Notes: generated by a model from the sequence alone, not told the origin. A stretch of 64,000 bases of DNA from Eledone cirrhosa (GCA_964016885.1 OZ024741.1:157108001-157172000); one strand, 5' to 3'; shown: positions 14,168 to 26,799, counted from the stretch's first letter. Numbers and translations are program-made.

Positions 14168-14467
14168 AAAATTATGATGGAAGGATTTTAGACAAATATA
14201 AATGCTCCAACCCTTTCATTGCCATATTTCTAATGACAGACACTATATATTGTCTTCAAATCATTTTGAAAATAATCAACAATTAAGAAGGATTTTGTAA
14301 TATAACTTTCTCATTATTAAGTTGAAGTTCGGAACATAGCATAACAAAGTTTCTTAGATAAAATTATGATGAAATGTTTTAGACAAATACGTATAAAATC
14401 TTTAAAATAGATTTATTTAATCATAGAACCTGGAGCATTTCTGTCAATTTGGTATCAAAAAGGTTAA
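14168..14467. mobile_element. TTAA-ended MITE copy
   Basis: aaaattatgatggaaggatttt ... ttggtatcaaaaaggTTAA, colinear with 5140-5405. Confidence 0.55.
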
Positions 14468-14959
14468 GGTGCAAAAGCCATTTGATATGCTCAGTTTCTG
14501 AAAAACTACAGATGATCTATAATTTATGATTCCAAACAAGTGTGTGCATAAGGCTGAATTAACTTATTAACAAGATTAGCATTTGCTCCAGGTACCACAG
14601 GTTCAGGAGACCCATGCAAAGTTCTTTATTCTATAGAAACTTGACAGCCTTTAACCCTTATCATCATCATCATCATCATCGTTTAGCATCCATTTTTCCA
14701 TGCTTGCATGGGTTAGATGGATCCTCCATGCTGGGAGGCAAGTCTGGCTAGAGTTGGCCATGTTGCACCTTGCCCCTGCAAAGACTGTAAATTTGGCCGT
14801 GTATTTTAAAGCTGGATGCTCTTCCTAACACCAACCACAGTGTAGATTTTAATTTTAATTTTGGTCTACAGTCTCCATGCTAACCTAATCCTACACTGCG
14901 TGTGTGCAGATTTTCAAATTGGGAGGAGCTATAGACTAGCTACATTCAATATCATCAAC

Positions 14960-15335
14960 TTCATCATCATTTTATACTTGCTTTCCTTACTGGCATAGGT
15001 TGGATGGGTTGTCACGATTCAAGAGACGTCATCCTGCTCATACATTCCATATTTTGGCATGGTTTCTATGGCTGGATGCCCTTTCTAATGCCAACTATTT
15101 CAAAGGGCGTGCATGGTGCATTTTATCATGACACCAGTACTACCACTTTACAGAGTGCATTTTGTGTATTTTATTGTAGTGCCAGCACTACTATTTTCCA
15201 GAGTGAACTAGGTGTATTTTCTCAAGAAACCAACACTACAACTTTACAGAGTGTACTGGGTACATTTTATCGTGGTACTATCACTTTCACTTTTCAGCGT
15301 GTGGTGGATACATTTTATTGTAGCACCAGCACTAA
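14960..15335 (-). mobile_element. Old RTE/SINE 3' tail with ~48-bp internal tandem units
   Basis: (cat)n, ggctggatgccctttctaatgccaac, then about five diverged units like cactttacagagtg...attttat...caccagcact. Confidence 0.65.
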
Positions 15336-15425
15336 AGCAGTTATCATATACTCAGCTAGATTACTTTTCGACTATATTTTTGTATCTTTATTGGCAACTC
15401 GCTGGAACCTACGAGACACTTTCAT

Positions 15426-16620
15426 GGTGGTGGGTTGGCAGTATCAGTACAGGGTCAGACGCTTTGCTTTGCAGCATAGAGTTATGCTCCTTTATGATCT
15501 CAGTTCAAATCCCGCCGAGCTTAGCTTTGCCTTTCATCCTTATGTGTTCTATAAAATAAAGTACCAGTAATGTACTGGGGTAATTGTTGACCTTGTGCCA
15601 AAAGTAGAAACAATTATTGGCAGTATCAGTAGAGGGTTGGACGCCATGCTTTACAGCATAGAGTTACGGCCCTTTACGATCTGAGTTCAAATCCTCCCAC
15701 GGTTAACTTAGCCTTTCATCCTTACGAGGTCGATAAAATAAAGTACCAGTAATGCACTGGGATAATTGCTGGCCTTGTGCCAAAAGTAGAAAGAATTATT
15801 TGTATATCTACTGTTTTTTGTTGATGTCCCCTTCCTTATCTCAAAGTAAACACCACTTTGTGTTGATTTTTATCTTTATATTGCCCCAACACATTGCTCC
15901 CGGGTGGCCAATATTCCAACTCTTTATGTTCTAGGTTCAAATCCAGTCAAAGTTATCTTTGTGTTTCATCTTTTCAGGGTTGATGAAATAAAGTACCAGT
16001 CAAGTACTGATTTCAATATAATCAACTTTACCACTCCCATAAATGTTTTGCCTTCTACCTAAATTTGAAAGCATATTGCTTTTCCTCCTTCCGAGGTCAA
16101 TAAAAGAAAGTACCAGTAAAGTGATGGGGTCAGTATAACTGATTTTCCTCTTCCCCAAAAAATTATTGACATTAGGCCTATATGAGAAGCCATTCCAAGA
16201 TTTGCTTTACCTTTCATCCTTACAAGGTCAATAAATTAAAGTACCAGTAATGCACTGGGGTTACTTTAATTGACTTTCCCTTTCCCTTCCAATAGCAGGC
16301 ATTGTGCCAATTGTGAAAACAATTATTATATTTGTAGAAACATATCTAAGCCTTAAACAAAATGTTTTGCTGTATTTGTTCTGGCTCATCACATTCTGAT
16401 TTCAAATCCTGCCAAGGACAATGAAATAAAGTACTAGTCAAATACTGTTATCAATTTAATCAACAGTCCCCCTTCATCCATATTTCTGGCCCTATGCTTA
16501 TGTTAGAAATTACTATTGGTGGTAGATTGGCAGACATATTAGATCATTGGACATACTGCCTTTTAATATTTGTTCCAGCTCTTTACAATTTGAGTTCAAA
16601 CCCCACTGTAGTTAAATTTG
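15426..16620 (+). mobile_element. Head-to-tail cluster of Nin/Deu-domain-like tRNA SINEs
   Basis: B-box gttcaaat and gcctttcatccttacgaggtcgataaaataaagtaccagt recur about 6-7 times, all on the same strand. Confidence 0.75.
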
Positions 16621-16638
16621 TCTTATATCTTGCTAACA

Positions 16639-16979
16639 TCTACTAATATAAAAGATTTGTGTATTTGTCCATCACACACGAGAGGTGACTGAGGAAGGAA
16701 GGGATGATTACGTCGACTGAGGAAGGAAGGGGTGATTATGTCGACTGAGGAAGAAGTTGGGTGAGAAACTATAGAAGTCCAGCGTTCTAAGATTCGTCAC
16801 AGCTGTGTGTTTGTATGTTTGTATCACTTGTGTGAGTGAGCTTGAAATAACCAACGGGGTCGATAAAATAAAGTACCAGTAATACACTGGGATAATTGCT
16901 GGCCTTGTGCCAAAAGTAGAAACAATTATGCATAGATATTACAATTAGCTCTCATTTTTGACAGCATGGGGCCAGCTAG
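16639..16979 (+). mobile_element. Putative miniature Helitron
   Basis: a|TCtactaatataaaagatttgtg ... ggggccagCTAG|t; internal 28-bp tandem repeat gactgaggaaggaaggg(a/g)tgatta(c/t)gtc. Confidence 0.45.
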
Positions 16980-17711
16980 TTGATAATATAAATACCAGTC
17001 CATCGAAAATGGGCTTCCAAACAGTTTCTGCCTACTTAATTTTACTCACAAAGCATCAATCGACCTGAGGCTATCGTAAATGACACTAATTCTTATGCAA
17101 ACTTCTTTACTTTTCAGCCATGCTGGAACCAACAAACACAGACAGTGGTTGAGATGCAATGTGCAACTGATGCACAGTGCAATGATATAAACCAACAGAC
17201 AGCAAACAGACAAACACAGTGGTGGAGATGCAATGCAAGTGACTATGACATCATCAACATCTACAAGTGTCTGCACCAATGGTGCCGTTGTTTATCAATG
17301 TGTGTGTCCTTGCTTGTTGCTATGGACAACAGCATCAATTATCAGTACGAATATGAGGGTGGAGGCAGTGGTATTGTTAGTGGTGGCGGCGGTGGTGGTG
17401 GTGGTGGTTGTGGTGGTGACTAGCCTGTATTCATACGCACATATTCACTTGCACAGATGAATATATACTTACATATATATACATAACTACACACATGCAT
17501 ATACACAAACGTACATACATACATATATAAACACATACAAACACACATACATACATACACACACATATTCACATACATACACGCATACATATATGCACAC
17601 ACATACATACACATACATATATGCACACATATATATATGCACACATACATACATCTACACACATACATACATACATGCATACATATATACATACATACAT
17701 ATATACATATG

Positions 17712-19670
17712 TGATGGAGTTGATAGTGACGCTGGTGGTGGTGGTGGTGGTGGAACTGGTGAAGATGATGAAGACGATAGTGGTGGTTATTGTAGTGGTG
17801 GTAATGATTGTTGTTGTGGTGGTAGTAGAGGTGGTGGTGTTGCAGTTGGTGACGTTAGTGGTAGCGGTGGTGGTGGTAATGTTGGTGGTGTTGGTGGTGG
17901 TGGTGATGATGGTGGTGGTAGTGGTGAAGGGTAATGGTGATGGTCATGATGGTGATTGGTGATAGTGTTGGTGGTGGTGGTGGTGATGGTGGTGGTGTTG
18001 GTGTTGGTATTGATGATGGTGGTGGTGGTGGTGGTGGTGGTGGTGTTGTTGGGGGGTAATGGTGGTTGTCATGATGGTGATTGGTGGTAGTGTTGGTGAA
18101 AGTGATAGCGATGGTGGTGGTGTTGATGATGGTGGTGGTGGTGGGAGTAATGGTGGTGGTCATGATGGTGGTGGTGTTGGTATTGATGATGATGGGGGGG
18201 GGGGGGTAACGGTTGTGGTGATGATGGTGATTTGTGGTAGTGTTGGTGGAAGTGATGGTGATGGTGGTGGTGTTGGTGTTGATGATGGTGGTGGTGATGG
18301 TGGTGGTGGTGGTGATGGTGGTGGTGTTGATCATGGTGGTGGTGGTGGGAGTAACGGTGGTGGTCATGATGGTGATGGTGGTGGTGTTGGTATTGATGAT
18401 GATGGTGGGGGGGGGGTTAACGGTTGTGGTGATGATGGTGATTTGTGGTAGTGTTGGTGGAAGTGATGGTGATGGTGGTGGTGTTGGTGTTGATGATGGT
18501 GGTGGTGATGGTGGTGGTGGTGGTGATGGTGGTGGTGTTGATCATGGTGGTGGTGGTGGGAGTAATGGTGGTGGTCATGATGGTGATGGTGGTGGTGTTG
18601 GTATTGATGATGATGGTGGGGGGGGGGGGGGGTTAACGGTTGTGGTGATGATGGTGATTTGTGGTAGTGTTGGTGGAAGTGATGGTGATGGTGGTGGTGT
18701 TGGTGTTGATGATGGTGGTGGTGATGGTGGTGGTGGTGGTGATGGTGGTGGTGTTGATCATGGTGGTGGTGGTGGGAGTAATGGTGGTGGTCATGATGGT
18801 GATGGTGGTGGTGTTGGTATTGATGATGATGGTGGGGGGGGGGGTTAACGGTTGTGGTGATGATGGTGATTTGTGGTAGTGTTGGTGGAAGTGATGGTGA
18901 TGGTGTTGATGATGGTGGTGGTGGTGCTGGTGTTGATGATGGTGGTGGTGGTGTTGATGATGGTGGTTGTGGTGGTGGTGGTGGTGTTGATGATGGTGGT
19001 GTTGATGATGGTGGTTGTGGTGGTGGTGGTGGTGTTGATGATGGTGGTGTTGTTGGGGGGTAATGGTGGTGGTCATGATGGTGATTGGTGGTAGTGTTGG
19101 TGGAAGTGATGGTGATGGTGTTGGTGTTGATGATGGTGGTGGTGGTGCTGGTGTTGATGATGGTGGTGGTGGTGTTGATGATGGTGGTTGTGGTGGTGGT
19201 GGTGGTGTTGATGATGGTGGTGTTGTTGGGGGGTAATGGTGGTGGTCATGATGGTGATTGGTGGTAGTGTTGGTGAAAGTGATGGTTGTGGTGATGGTGG
19301 TGTTGGTGTTGATGATGGTGGTGGTGGGGGGTAATGGTGGTGGTCATGATGGTGATTGGTGGTAGTGTTGGTGGAAGTGTTGGTGGAGGTGATGGTGATG
19401 GTGGTGTTGATGATGGTGGTGGTGTTGGTGTTGGTGTTGATGTTGATGGTGATGGTAGTAGTGGAGGGGGTAATGATGATGGCCATGATGATGCTTGGTG
19501 GTAATGTTGGTGGAAGTGATGGTGATGGTGGTGGTGTTGGTGTTGATGTTGATGATAGTGGTGGTGGTAGGGGGTATTGGTGGTGGTCATGATGGTGATT
19601 GGTACTAGTGTTGGTGGAAGTAATGGTGATGGTGGTGGTGCTGGTAGGAGATGTGGTGATGGTGGTGGGG
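17712..19670 (+). repeat. (GGT/GAT) low-complexity array with ~211-216-bp higher-order units
   Basis: Landmark G-run + taacggttgtggtgatgatggtgatttgtgg at ~18208, 18418, 18633 and 18845. Confidence 0.9.
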
Positions 19671-19757
19671 ATTTAAATGCTATCATCCTCATCATTCAGT
19701 CCAATAATTATCTTGTCACACTTATTTTCACATATCGACCGCACACATATATATATA

Positions 19758-20490
19758 TTCTTCTTCTTCTCCTTCTTCTTCTCCTTCTTCTTCTCCTCCA
19801 CCTCCTCCTCCTCCTCCACATCCTCCTCCTCTTTCTTCACTTATTCTTTGGAGGGTCATGGTAGTAGAGCCCTCAAGTATCCTTTCCAGTGAGACCTGTC
19901 AGAAGTAACTATTTCAGCTTTATCTGACTAGATCCCCAAATGAGACTAGCTGAGCTCATGGGTGTTATCCAACCAACTTCTGCAATTCGTGCACTTGATT
20001 TAGCCTCCTAGCTTCCATCATTCAGAAACACAGCCGCTAGATACTTGAACTCCGCCTGCTTCAGTGGAACTCCACCCATAAGTAGTGTGCACTGTGAAGA
20101 CTTCCTTGAAAGGATGAATGTCTCAGTCTTTGCAGCCCAGATTTTCATTCCTGTCATGCAGCCCTCAGCAGCAAACCTATCAAGTGCATCATCTTCTAAT
20201 GAGGTAAGTAATACCATGTTGTCTGCAAATTCAAGCTGATTGATTGTATACCTATCAGTCTTGATACCACTTCCAGCTTGGCTGTACATGTCAATCCTGT
20301 TCATGAAAATTATAAATGGGAGAGGTGACAGTAAGCACCTTTATGGAGTCTAACACCCGCATTGGATTATATTGACTAAGCACTATTTTTTCAAACATAA
20401 ATACTAGAACATTTATATAGCGATATTAGGCTATAAGAAGCTGACCATCAATCCCATACTCCTGCAGAACCTTACACAGCAGGTCCTACT
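19758..20490 (-). mobile_element. RTE family A, internally deleted 3' part with (GAA/GGA)n tail
   Basis: MNRIDMYSQAGSGI..LEFADNMVLL..EFKYLAAVF, then a 3' end matching 29276-29630. Confidence 0.8.
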
Positions 20491-20520
20491 GCAGTGAGAA
20501 TATTTGGTACAGATATATGT

Positions 20521-21100
20521 CATCATCTCATCATCATCACCATATTACGTCCGTTCTTCCATGCTAGCATGGGTTAGCCGGGTTGTCCTGTTGTGAGCAG
20601 TGTCCAGTCGGCTGACCTGGTCTTGCTCTTACAGGAACTGATTCTAGATTGATTTCTACAGCTGGATGCCCTTCCTAACACCAACCTCATTTACAGTGAG
20701 TGCCTATACGTCCGCTTTACAGTGCGGGCTGGGTGTTTTTTTGCCGTGGCACCTCCACGACACTTTGCACTGGGAGGGTGTGGGGGCATATTGTCTATAT
20801 GCTTCAGCTTCGGCTTGTTCCTGAGGGAAGTCAGGTCTTCTGTATTACTGCGTGACGCCAGAGGTCACGGCTGTATGTCATCACCCTTGAGAGGTGCAAT
20901 TGGTTAAGGTCGGCTTTTATCACCTCATCCCAGGTCTTCTTGGGTCGCTCCACTCTGCGGCTTCCATCGATTTCTAGTGCTCTGCACCCTTTTATGCAGC
21001 TGTCATCCTTCATACGCATCACATGTCCATACCAACGTAACCTCCTCTCTTGCACTCAGCATTTGATTCCTCTTATGCACAGTCTCTTTTTCAGTTCGTT
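20521..21100 (-). mobile_element. RTE family B 3' end with (GAT)n tail
   Basis: ERRLRWYGHVMRMKDDSCIKGC..RPKKTWDEVI plus the 3' UTR shared with 30903-32626. Confidence 0.85.
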
Positions 21101-21264
21101 TACATATATAAAGAATTCAAAGTTTGAAAGCCATGCATTGTCATGGCTTTCAAACTTCGAATTCTTATGCCATATACAATGCTTCAAGTAAACTACATAT
21201 TCCTCCTATATATATATATAATCATTATCATCATCACCGTTTAATATCCACTTATATATATATA

Positions 21265-22748
21265 TATTGTGTAAAGTGCTCAGGTGCACTACAACTCATC
21301 AAAGGTGCATGTATAGTACATAGAATAATATACAAATGTCAGGGAAGTGAATAGTGTATGAGTCATTATATACATTGTGTATGTGTATGGAGGGGGAACA
21401 TTAGGTGTAGTGTTGGCGAATCTCGGGAAGCATGGAAGTTTTAAAGGATGCAGGGTCTCGACAGCTAACAACTGATGCAGGTAGTTTGTTCCATGCTTCA
21501 GCAACTCTGAGTGTGAAAAAAATGTTTCCGAAAGTCATGGTAACTCTGTTGTTTTCTGACTTTGTGGACATGCCCACGTGTGTTAAACACATGGAAATCA
21601 AAAAGTTACTCAGGATTGTTGTTGGCAAGATGGTTAACGATTTTGTGGGTGTTTACCAAGTCAGTTGCCAGGCGTCGGAGCTTCAATGTATCCATGCCCA
21701 GAGAAGCAAGGCGTTTAGAGTATGGTAGATGCCTGATGGAGGGTATTCGCTTGGTTGCACGTCTCTGAACAGTTTCCAGGCGGTCAATGTTCTGAGCAAG
21801 ATAGGGGTTTCAGACTGGTGATGCAAATTCTAAGTGTGGCCGCACCATAGCCATGTACAGCCTTAAACAGATAGCTGGAGAGCGGCTGACAAAGGTCTTG
21901 CTGAGTGATGCTAAGACACCCTCAACCCTCTTGACAATTTTAGAGACTTGCTTCGTCCAACGCAAATCGCTGCTGACCGTAATACCCAGGTCACGTTCAC
22001 AAGAAGAGTGTGGAGGGAGTATGTGGACGCTGGGTTTTTACTCCAAAAATGCATGGTGGTGCACTTGTCCACAGCTAGCTTGAGTTGCCAGTCTGAAATC
22101 CATTGTTGCATTGTGTCCAGGTCAGACTGCAAGCAAGATCTATAGTGTTCAGGATCTGCCCTTTTTATCTCAAGGTACAGCTTGATGTCATCTGCGTACT
22201 TTAGTACTGTGGCATTCTTTAAGTTGGCATCTATGTCATTAATATATGCTACAAACAAAAGGGGGCCAAGAACAGATCCCTGTGGTACACCAGATGACAT
22301 CTCATATGGTGAGGAATGCTGTCGCAGAACCGTGACTACCTCTCTTCGACTGAGAATGAAGGACTTCAACCAGTTAAAAAGATCATCCTTCACATCCATT
22401 GCAGAGAGTTTTGCCAAAATCCTTTTGTGTGGCACAGAATTGAAGGCTTTCGCAAAGTCAAGGTAAACAACATCCACCCATGAGCCGCCATCAGTGATCC
22501 GGGTGATGTCCTCAAGAAACTCTATAAGTTGATCACAGCAGCTGGAGTTGGGAATAAATCCAAATTGTGAGGGCCGGATAAGACTGTGAGAGTTCCAGAA
22601 GTTCCAAAGTGTTTCTCTGACACAGGATTCCATCAGTTTGGCAATGCAACTAATGAGACTGACTGGACGATAGTTCACAGGTGATGTGCAGTCAACCTTT
22701 TTGAACAGAGGAATGACACTGGCAGTTTTCCACTGTTCTGGAGCAATG
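21265..22748 (-). mobile_element. 5'-truncated CR1-clade LINE
   Basis: NYRPVSL, QFGF, VDVVYLDFAKAFNSVPH, SGVPQGSVLGPLLF, YADDIKLY, then VRPHLEF, LETVQRRATK and FFTLRVAEAWNKLP. Confidence 0.9.
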
Positions 22749-23045
22749 TTACATGGTAGTGAGACCTGGGCGCTGAAGGTGGAAGACTTACGTAGATTAG
22801 AGAGAAATGAAGCCTGCTTGCTCCGATGGATGTGTAATAGTAATATACGCGAACGACAAAGCATGAATGAATTCTGTCGTGGAGGTGCCACGGCAAAAAA
22901 GCACCCAGCCCACACTGTAAAGTGGACGTGTAGGCGCCACGGAAAAAGCACCCAGCACTCACTGTAAATGAGGTTGGTGTTAGGAAGGGCATCCAGCTAT
23001 AGAAATCAAGCCAAAATCAGTTCCTGTATGAGCAAGGCATGTCCT
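22742..23045 (+). mobile_element. RTE family B fragment fused to an RTE/SINE tail
   Basis: AMLHGSETWALKVEDLRRLERNEACLLRWMCNSNIRERQSMNE, then directly gtcgtggaggtgccacgg...ggcatccagcta. Confidence 0.8.
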
Positions 23046-23089
23046 CGTGGGGCCCTCGGGCAACTGCCCAGCATGCCCATGCATTAAGA

Positions 23090-24225
23090 TGACCCTGATC
23101 ACTCGTGAACACGGCCCTGAGATATGTGAACTTCTTCATCTGCATCAGCGCTCCATTTACATGTAGAGTGTACTGTGCAGGCTCCCCTGAGAGGATGACT
23201 GCCTCTGTTTTCGCAGCACTGATTTTCATTCCAGCCATGCAGCACTCAGCATCAAATCTATCAAAGTCACAAAAGCAATTACAGAGCTCAAATGTGGCAA
23301 GTCCGCTGGGGAGGATGAAATTTGGCCTGAGATGTAAAAAGCCTTAAATCAAAAAGGTATTCTATGTCTGAGTCATATGTGTAGGTGAGCTGGATCTCTG
23401 CAAAGCACCTAAGTAATGGCAATCGAGAGTGATAACCCCAATTTTCAAAAAAAGAGAAATTGCTCAAATTGTAGAGGGATCTCCTTGTTAAGTCTCCCCA
23501 GTAAATTCTAAGTGTCCAGCATAGAGATGTAGTGAGATTGTCAAGTCCAAGCTAGCTGATGAACAGTGTGGTTTTCACCTCAGGCACCAAATATTTACAC
23601 TGTGCAGAAACTGTGTAGAAATATTGCCAAGAAGTGAATTCTTGTTTTATAGACCTCAAAAAGGCATATGATCGATTTCTATGGAACCAGCTGTAAAAGG
23701 TTCTGCGGGAGTATGAAATCGATGGTCAGCTTCTTGTTGCTCTGATGTTTCTATATGAATGCCTAAGTATTTGTGTTTAGATAAATGGTGTTAAATTGAA
23801 ACCATTCAATATGTGAGTTGGTCTCTGCCAAGGGTGTGTACTGTCACCTCCTGTTTATTATTTACAAAGGGCGGTGGATTGGCAGTATCGGTAGAGGGTC
23901 GGACACAATGCTTTGACGCAAAGAGTTACGGCCCTTTATGGTCTGAGTTCAAATCCCACCGAGGTTAACTTTGCCTTTCATCCTTACGGGGGTCAATGAA
24001 ATAAAGTAGTAGTAATGCAGTGGGATAATTGCTGGCCTTGTGCCAAAAGTAGAAATAATTATTTACATGAACAGGATTGACATATGTAGCTGGGTTGGAA
24101 GTGGTATCATGACTGCCATGTGTAGAATCACTCGGCTGGAATTTGCATACAATATGGTATTACTTAACTCAACAGAAGATGATCTTCGACTTGCACTTGA
24201 TAGGTTTGATGCCGAGTGCTGTTTG
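23090..24225. mobile_element. RTE family A copy with internal inversion (23090-23263 minus; ~23270-24225 plus)
   Basis: Plus part has ADEQCGF, FIDLKKAYDR, GLCQGCVLSP and LEFAYNMVLL; minus part continues AGMKISAAKTE..KFTYLRAVF. Confidence 0.75.
23867..24057 (+). mobile_element. Full-length Nin/Deu-like SINE inserted in RTE
   Basis: ggcggtggattggcagtatcggtag head, B-box and Nin-like domain; 10-bp TSD attatttaca at 23857-23866 and 24058-24067. Confidence 0.85.
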
Positions 24226-24640
24226 ATATATATATGTGTGAAAAGACACAACTGTTACTACTACTACTACCTCTATATATATTTAAGGGTCTTTTTCTAA
24301 GACCCAGTCTTTCTATCAACATGAGATATGAAAAAACTTTCTTCAACACTTTTTTTTTTTTTTTAATTATTTTTTAAATTCTAATTGTAATATTTAATAT
24401 TTAAGATGGATTACATCAAAGCTGGTAATATGTTATATATTTCACATACTTTATAAAACTCCTTTTTTTTTAAAGAAATGTTCTCCTTTTTTCAATAATG
24501 TCACTTTGATGGATCAAAAAATAAAAAATAAAAATAGATTCTTTAAATATATTTCCATGCTGTTTCTATTCTTACCTTATCATCATCATCATTTTACGTC
24601 CGCTTTTCCCTGCTTGCGACGTGGTATCACATATATATAT

Positions 24641-24735
24641 TATAGAAATGAGTTCTACTGGACTAGAACTGTTTCATTTGTATGAAATCATTATATGAAC
24701 GAAACAGTTCTTGTTCCATAGAAGTCATTCCTATA
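24641..24735. repeat. Small fold-back element (family shared with 58323-58438)
   Basis: Inverted arms tatagaaatgagttcta...agaactgtttc / gaaacagttct...tagaagtcattcctata. Confidence 0.7.
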
Positions 24736-25340
24736 TAAAATAAATATGCTTCTTCTCTACTAGAATATTAAGAACATTATTTAACTGGTAATTTCTTTTT
24801 CCCTTGGGTAAATCCTGCTTATGTTTTACATTGTTTAATATTTTGTATCTGACTCTGAACTTTTTGAATACTCAATGAAATGTAAAAAGATGCCACTTTT
24901 GCACAAAAACAAATTTTGCTATGCTTCGATAGGATATGTATATATAAATGTGTACATATATTTATGTACATGTCTATATATACAGCCAGCAAAAATGTAC
25001 CTGTGATTCAAAGGGTCAGCTTTGTCCTATTCTGTGTCATGCTGAATCTCCCTGCAAATTGTGTTAAGTGTATACACGTTTGTGGAATGCTCATTCATCC
25101 ACTTGCATGTTTGAATAACTAGACCTTGTCACCGGAACCAATGGAGGTCATATTTTTTTATATGCTTTTATATATGTGTGTCGATGTTTATGTTTACATC
25201 TAAGCCTGTGTTTATGTCCTGTAATTAGCAATTTGACAAAAATAAATTGATAAAATAAGTACTGAATTTGAAAAAATAAGTACTGGGATCAATATGATTG
25301 ACCGTAACCAATAAAAAATTTAAGAGTAAAAGAATATATG

Positions 25341-25372
<32 letters not shown>

Positions 25373-25632
25373 GAGAGAGATAGATGAGCAATAATCTTAT
25401 ATAGAAAGCACCCTGTCCATGCTGTAAATGTGGTTGACATTAAAGAAGGGCATCTAGCCATTGAAACCCAGCCAGAAATAGTTTTGTATGTGCAAGATAC
25501 GATCACCTGATCTGACCTGTCTCAACAATAATGGGACAACTTATCTAACCCATGCCATTAAACGAATATATATATGTGTGTGAGTGTGTGTATATATATA
25601 TGTGTAAATATATATATATATATATTTATATA

Positions 25633-25677
<45 letters not shown>

Positions 25678-25860
25678 TTACACACACACACATATAAATA
25701 TGCTGGTACAATGACAGCTGACATATATCATAAATGATAACCGGATCTAACTCTTAGATAATTTTCCTGATTTCCCACTTTCTTCAGTACCAATATTGAT
25801 AAATAATTACATAAAATCCTCTTTCTTGATATATTGTTTAAGTCATATGTCACCTAACGC

Positions 25861-25906
<46 letters not shown>

Positions 25907-25987
25907 TCTCATCATCATCATCACCATCATCATCATCACCATCATCAACATCATCATCAACATCATCATCATCATCATCATCATCAA
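25861..25987. repeat. (CAT)n microsatellite, probably an expanded tail of an old minus-strand RTE
   Basis: Followed by gtccatttttccatgcttgcat, as in other RTE/SINE tails here. Confidence 0.8.
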
Positions 25988-26799
25988 TATTTTATGTCCA
26001 TTTTTCCATGCTTGCATAGACTGGTCATGTCTTCTCTAGCACAACTTACCTCAACTCATTGCTTTCTTTAGTTATCTCCTATTAGCTTCAGCATTTTGAG
26101 ATTAGTTCTCATCACTTCTGCTAGAATTTTTCTCTTTCTTCCTTTCACCTATGCAGCCTTCTCTTCTATATACCTCATTTGATTTCTCTTAAACCCATTT
26201 TTCTCTAAGCCTATCTTTGCTTCATCATACATGCAAATTAACATTATGCATCCAACAGAGCATGCTCACCTTATTTTTCTCCAGCCCTTATATATGCATT
26301 TAATGCCATGTCTCACTACCATGCAATATCATCAACATATTTACATATTCTTAATATGGCTGAATGGCATGGTTGTGTGATTACGAAGTTCAATTTACAA
26401 TCACAAGGAACCTGGTTTAAATGACACAGCATCATCTCCTTGTGAACATGTCATTTACCATAGCTTCATGTTGACCCAAACAAGCCTTGTGAATGAAGTT
26501 TTATAGATAGAAGCTATGTAAAATACAGTCATATATGTGCGTGTGTGAGTGTGTGTGTGTGTGTGTGTGTCTGCCTTCAGTTCAAAAGCTTCTAGATGTT
26601 CTTTGAGTTAGAGTACATTAAAAATTTAAGATTTTATTTATGTGGTATATTTGAGGTCCATTCTATCTATTTGTTTAATTCATCAAGATATAAAAGCATA
26701 TATATCCTAGCAGTGACTACCTAAACATTTGATTGCAGTCTTGCAGAAGTTGTATGAAGTTACCACAGCATCTATCAGTGGTACATCTTTGCTGGTAGT

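Noticed and set aside
12103-14169. 688-aa Val/Leu/Met-rich minus-strand ORF
   Set aside because: Antisense reading of the trinucleotide-derived arrays; no domain content.
17119-17423. Cys-rich 92-aa ORF after a ttttcag acceptor-like site
   Set aside because: No recognisable cysteine pattern; it contains a short duplication (acagtggt(t/g)gagatgcaatg) and runs into a GGT repeat.
17593-19864. Gly/Asp-, Val/Met- and His-rich ORFs resembling cephalopod beak or cuticle proteins
   Set aside because: Frames shift at variable G-runs, ORFs occur in all frames on both strands, and there is no signal peptide or splice context.
21911-22951. 346-aa ORF as a single gene
   Set aside because: The first ~70 codons are antisense RTE/SINE sequence fused by chance in frame to the CR1 RT.
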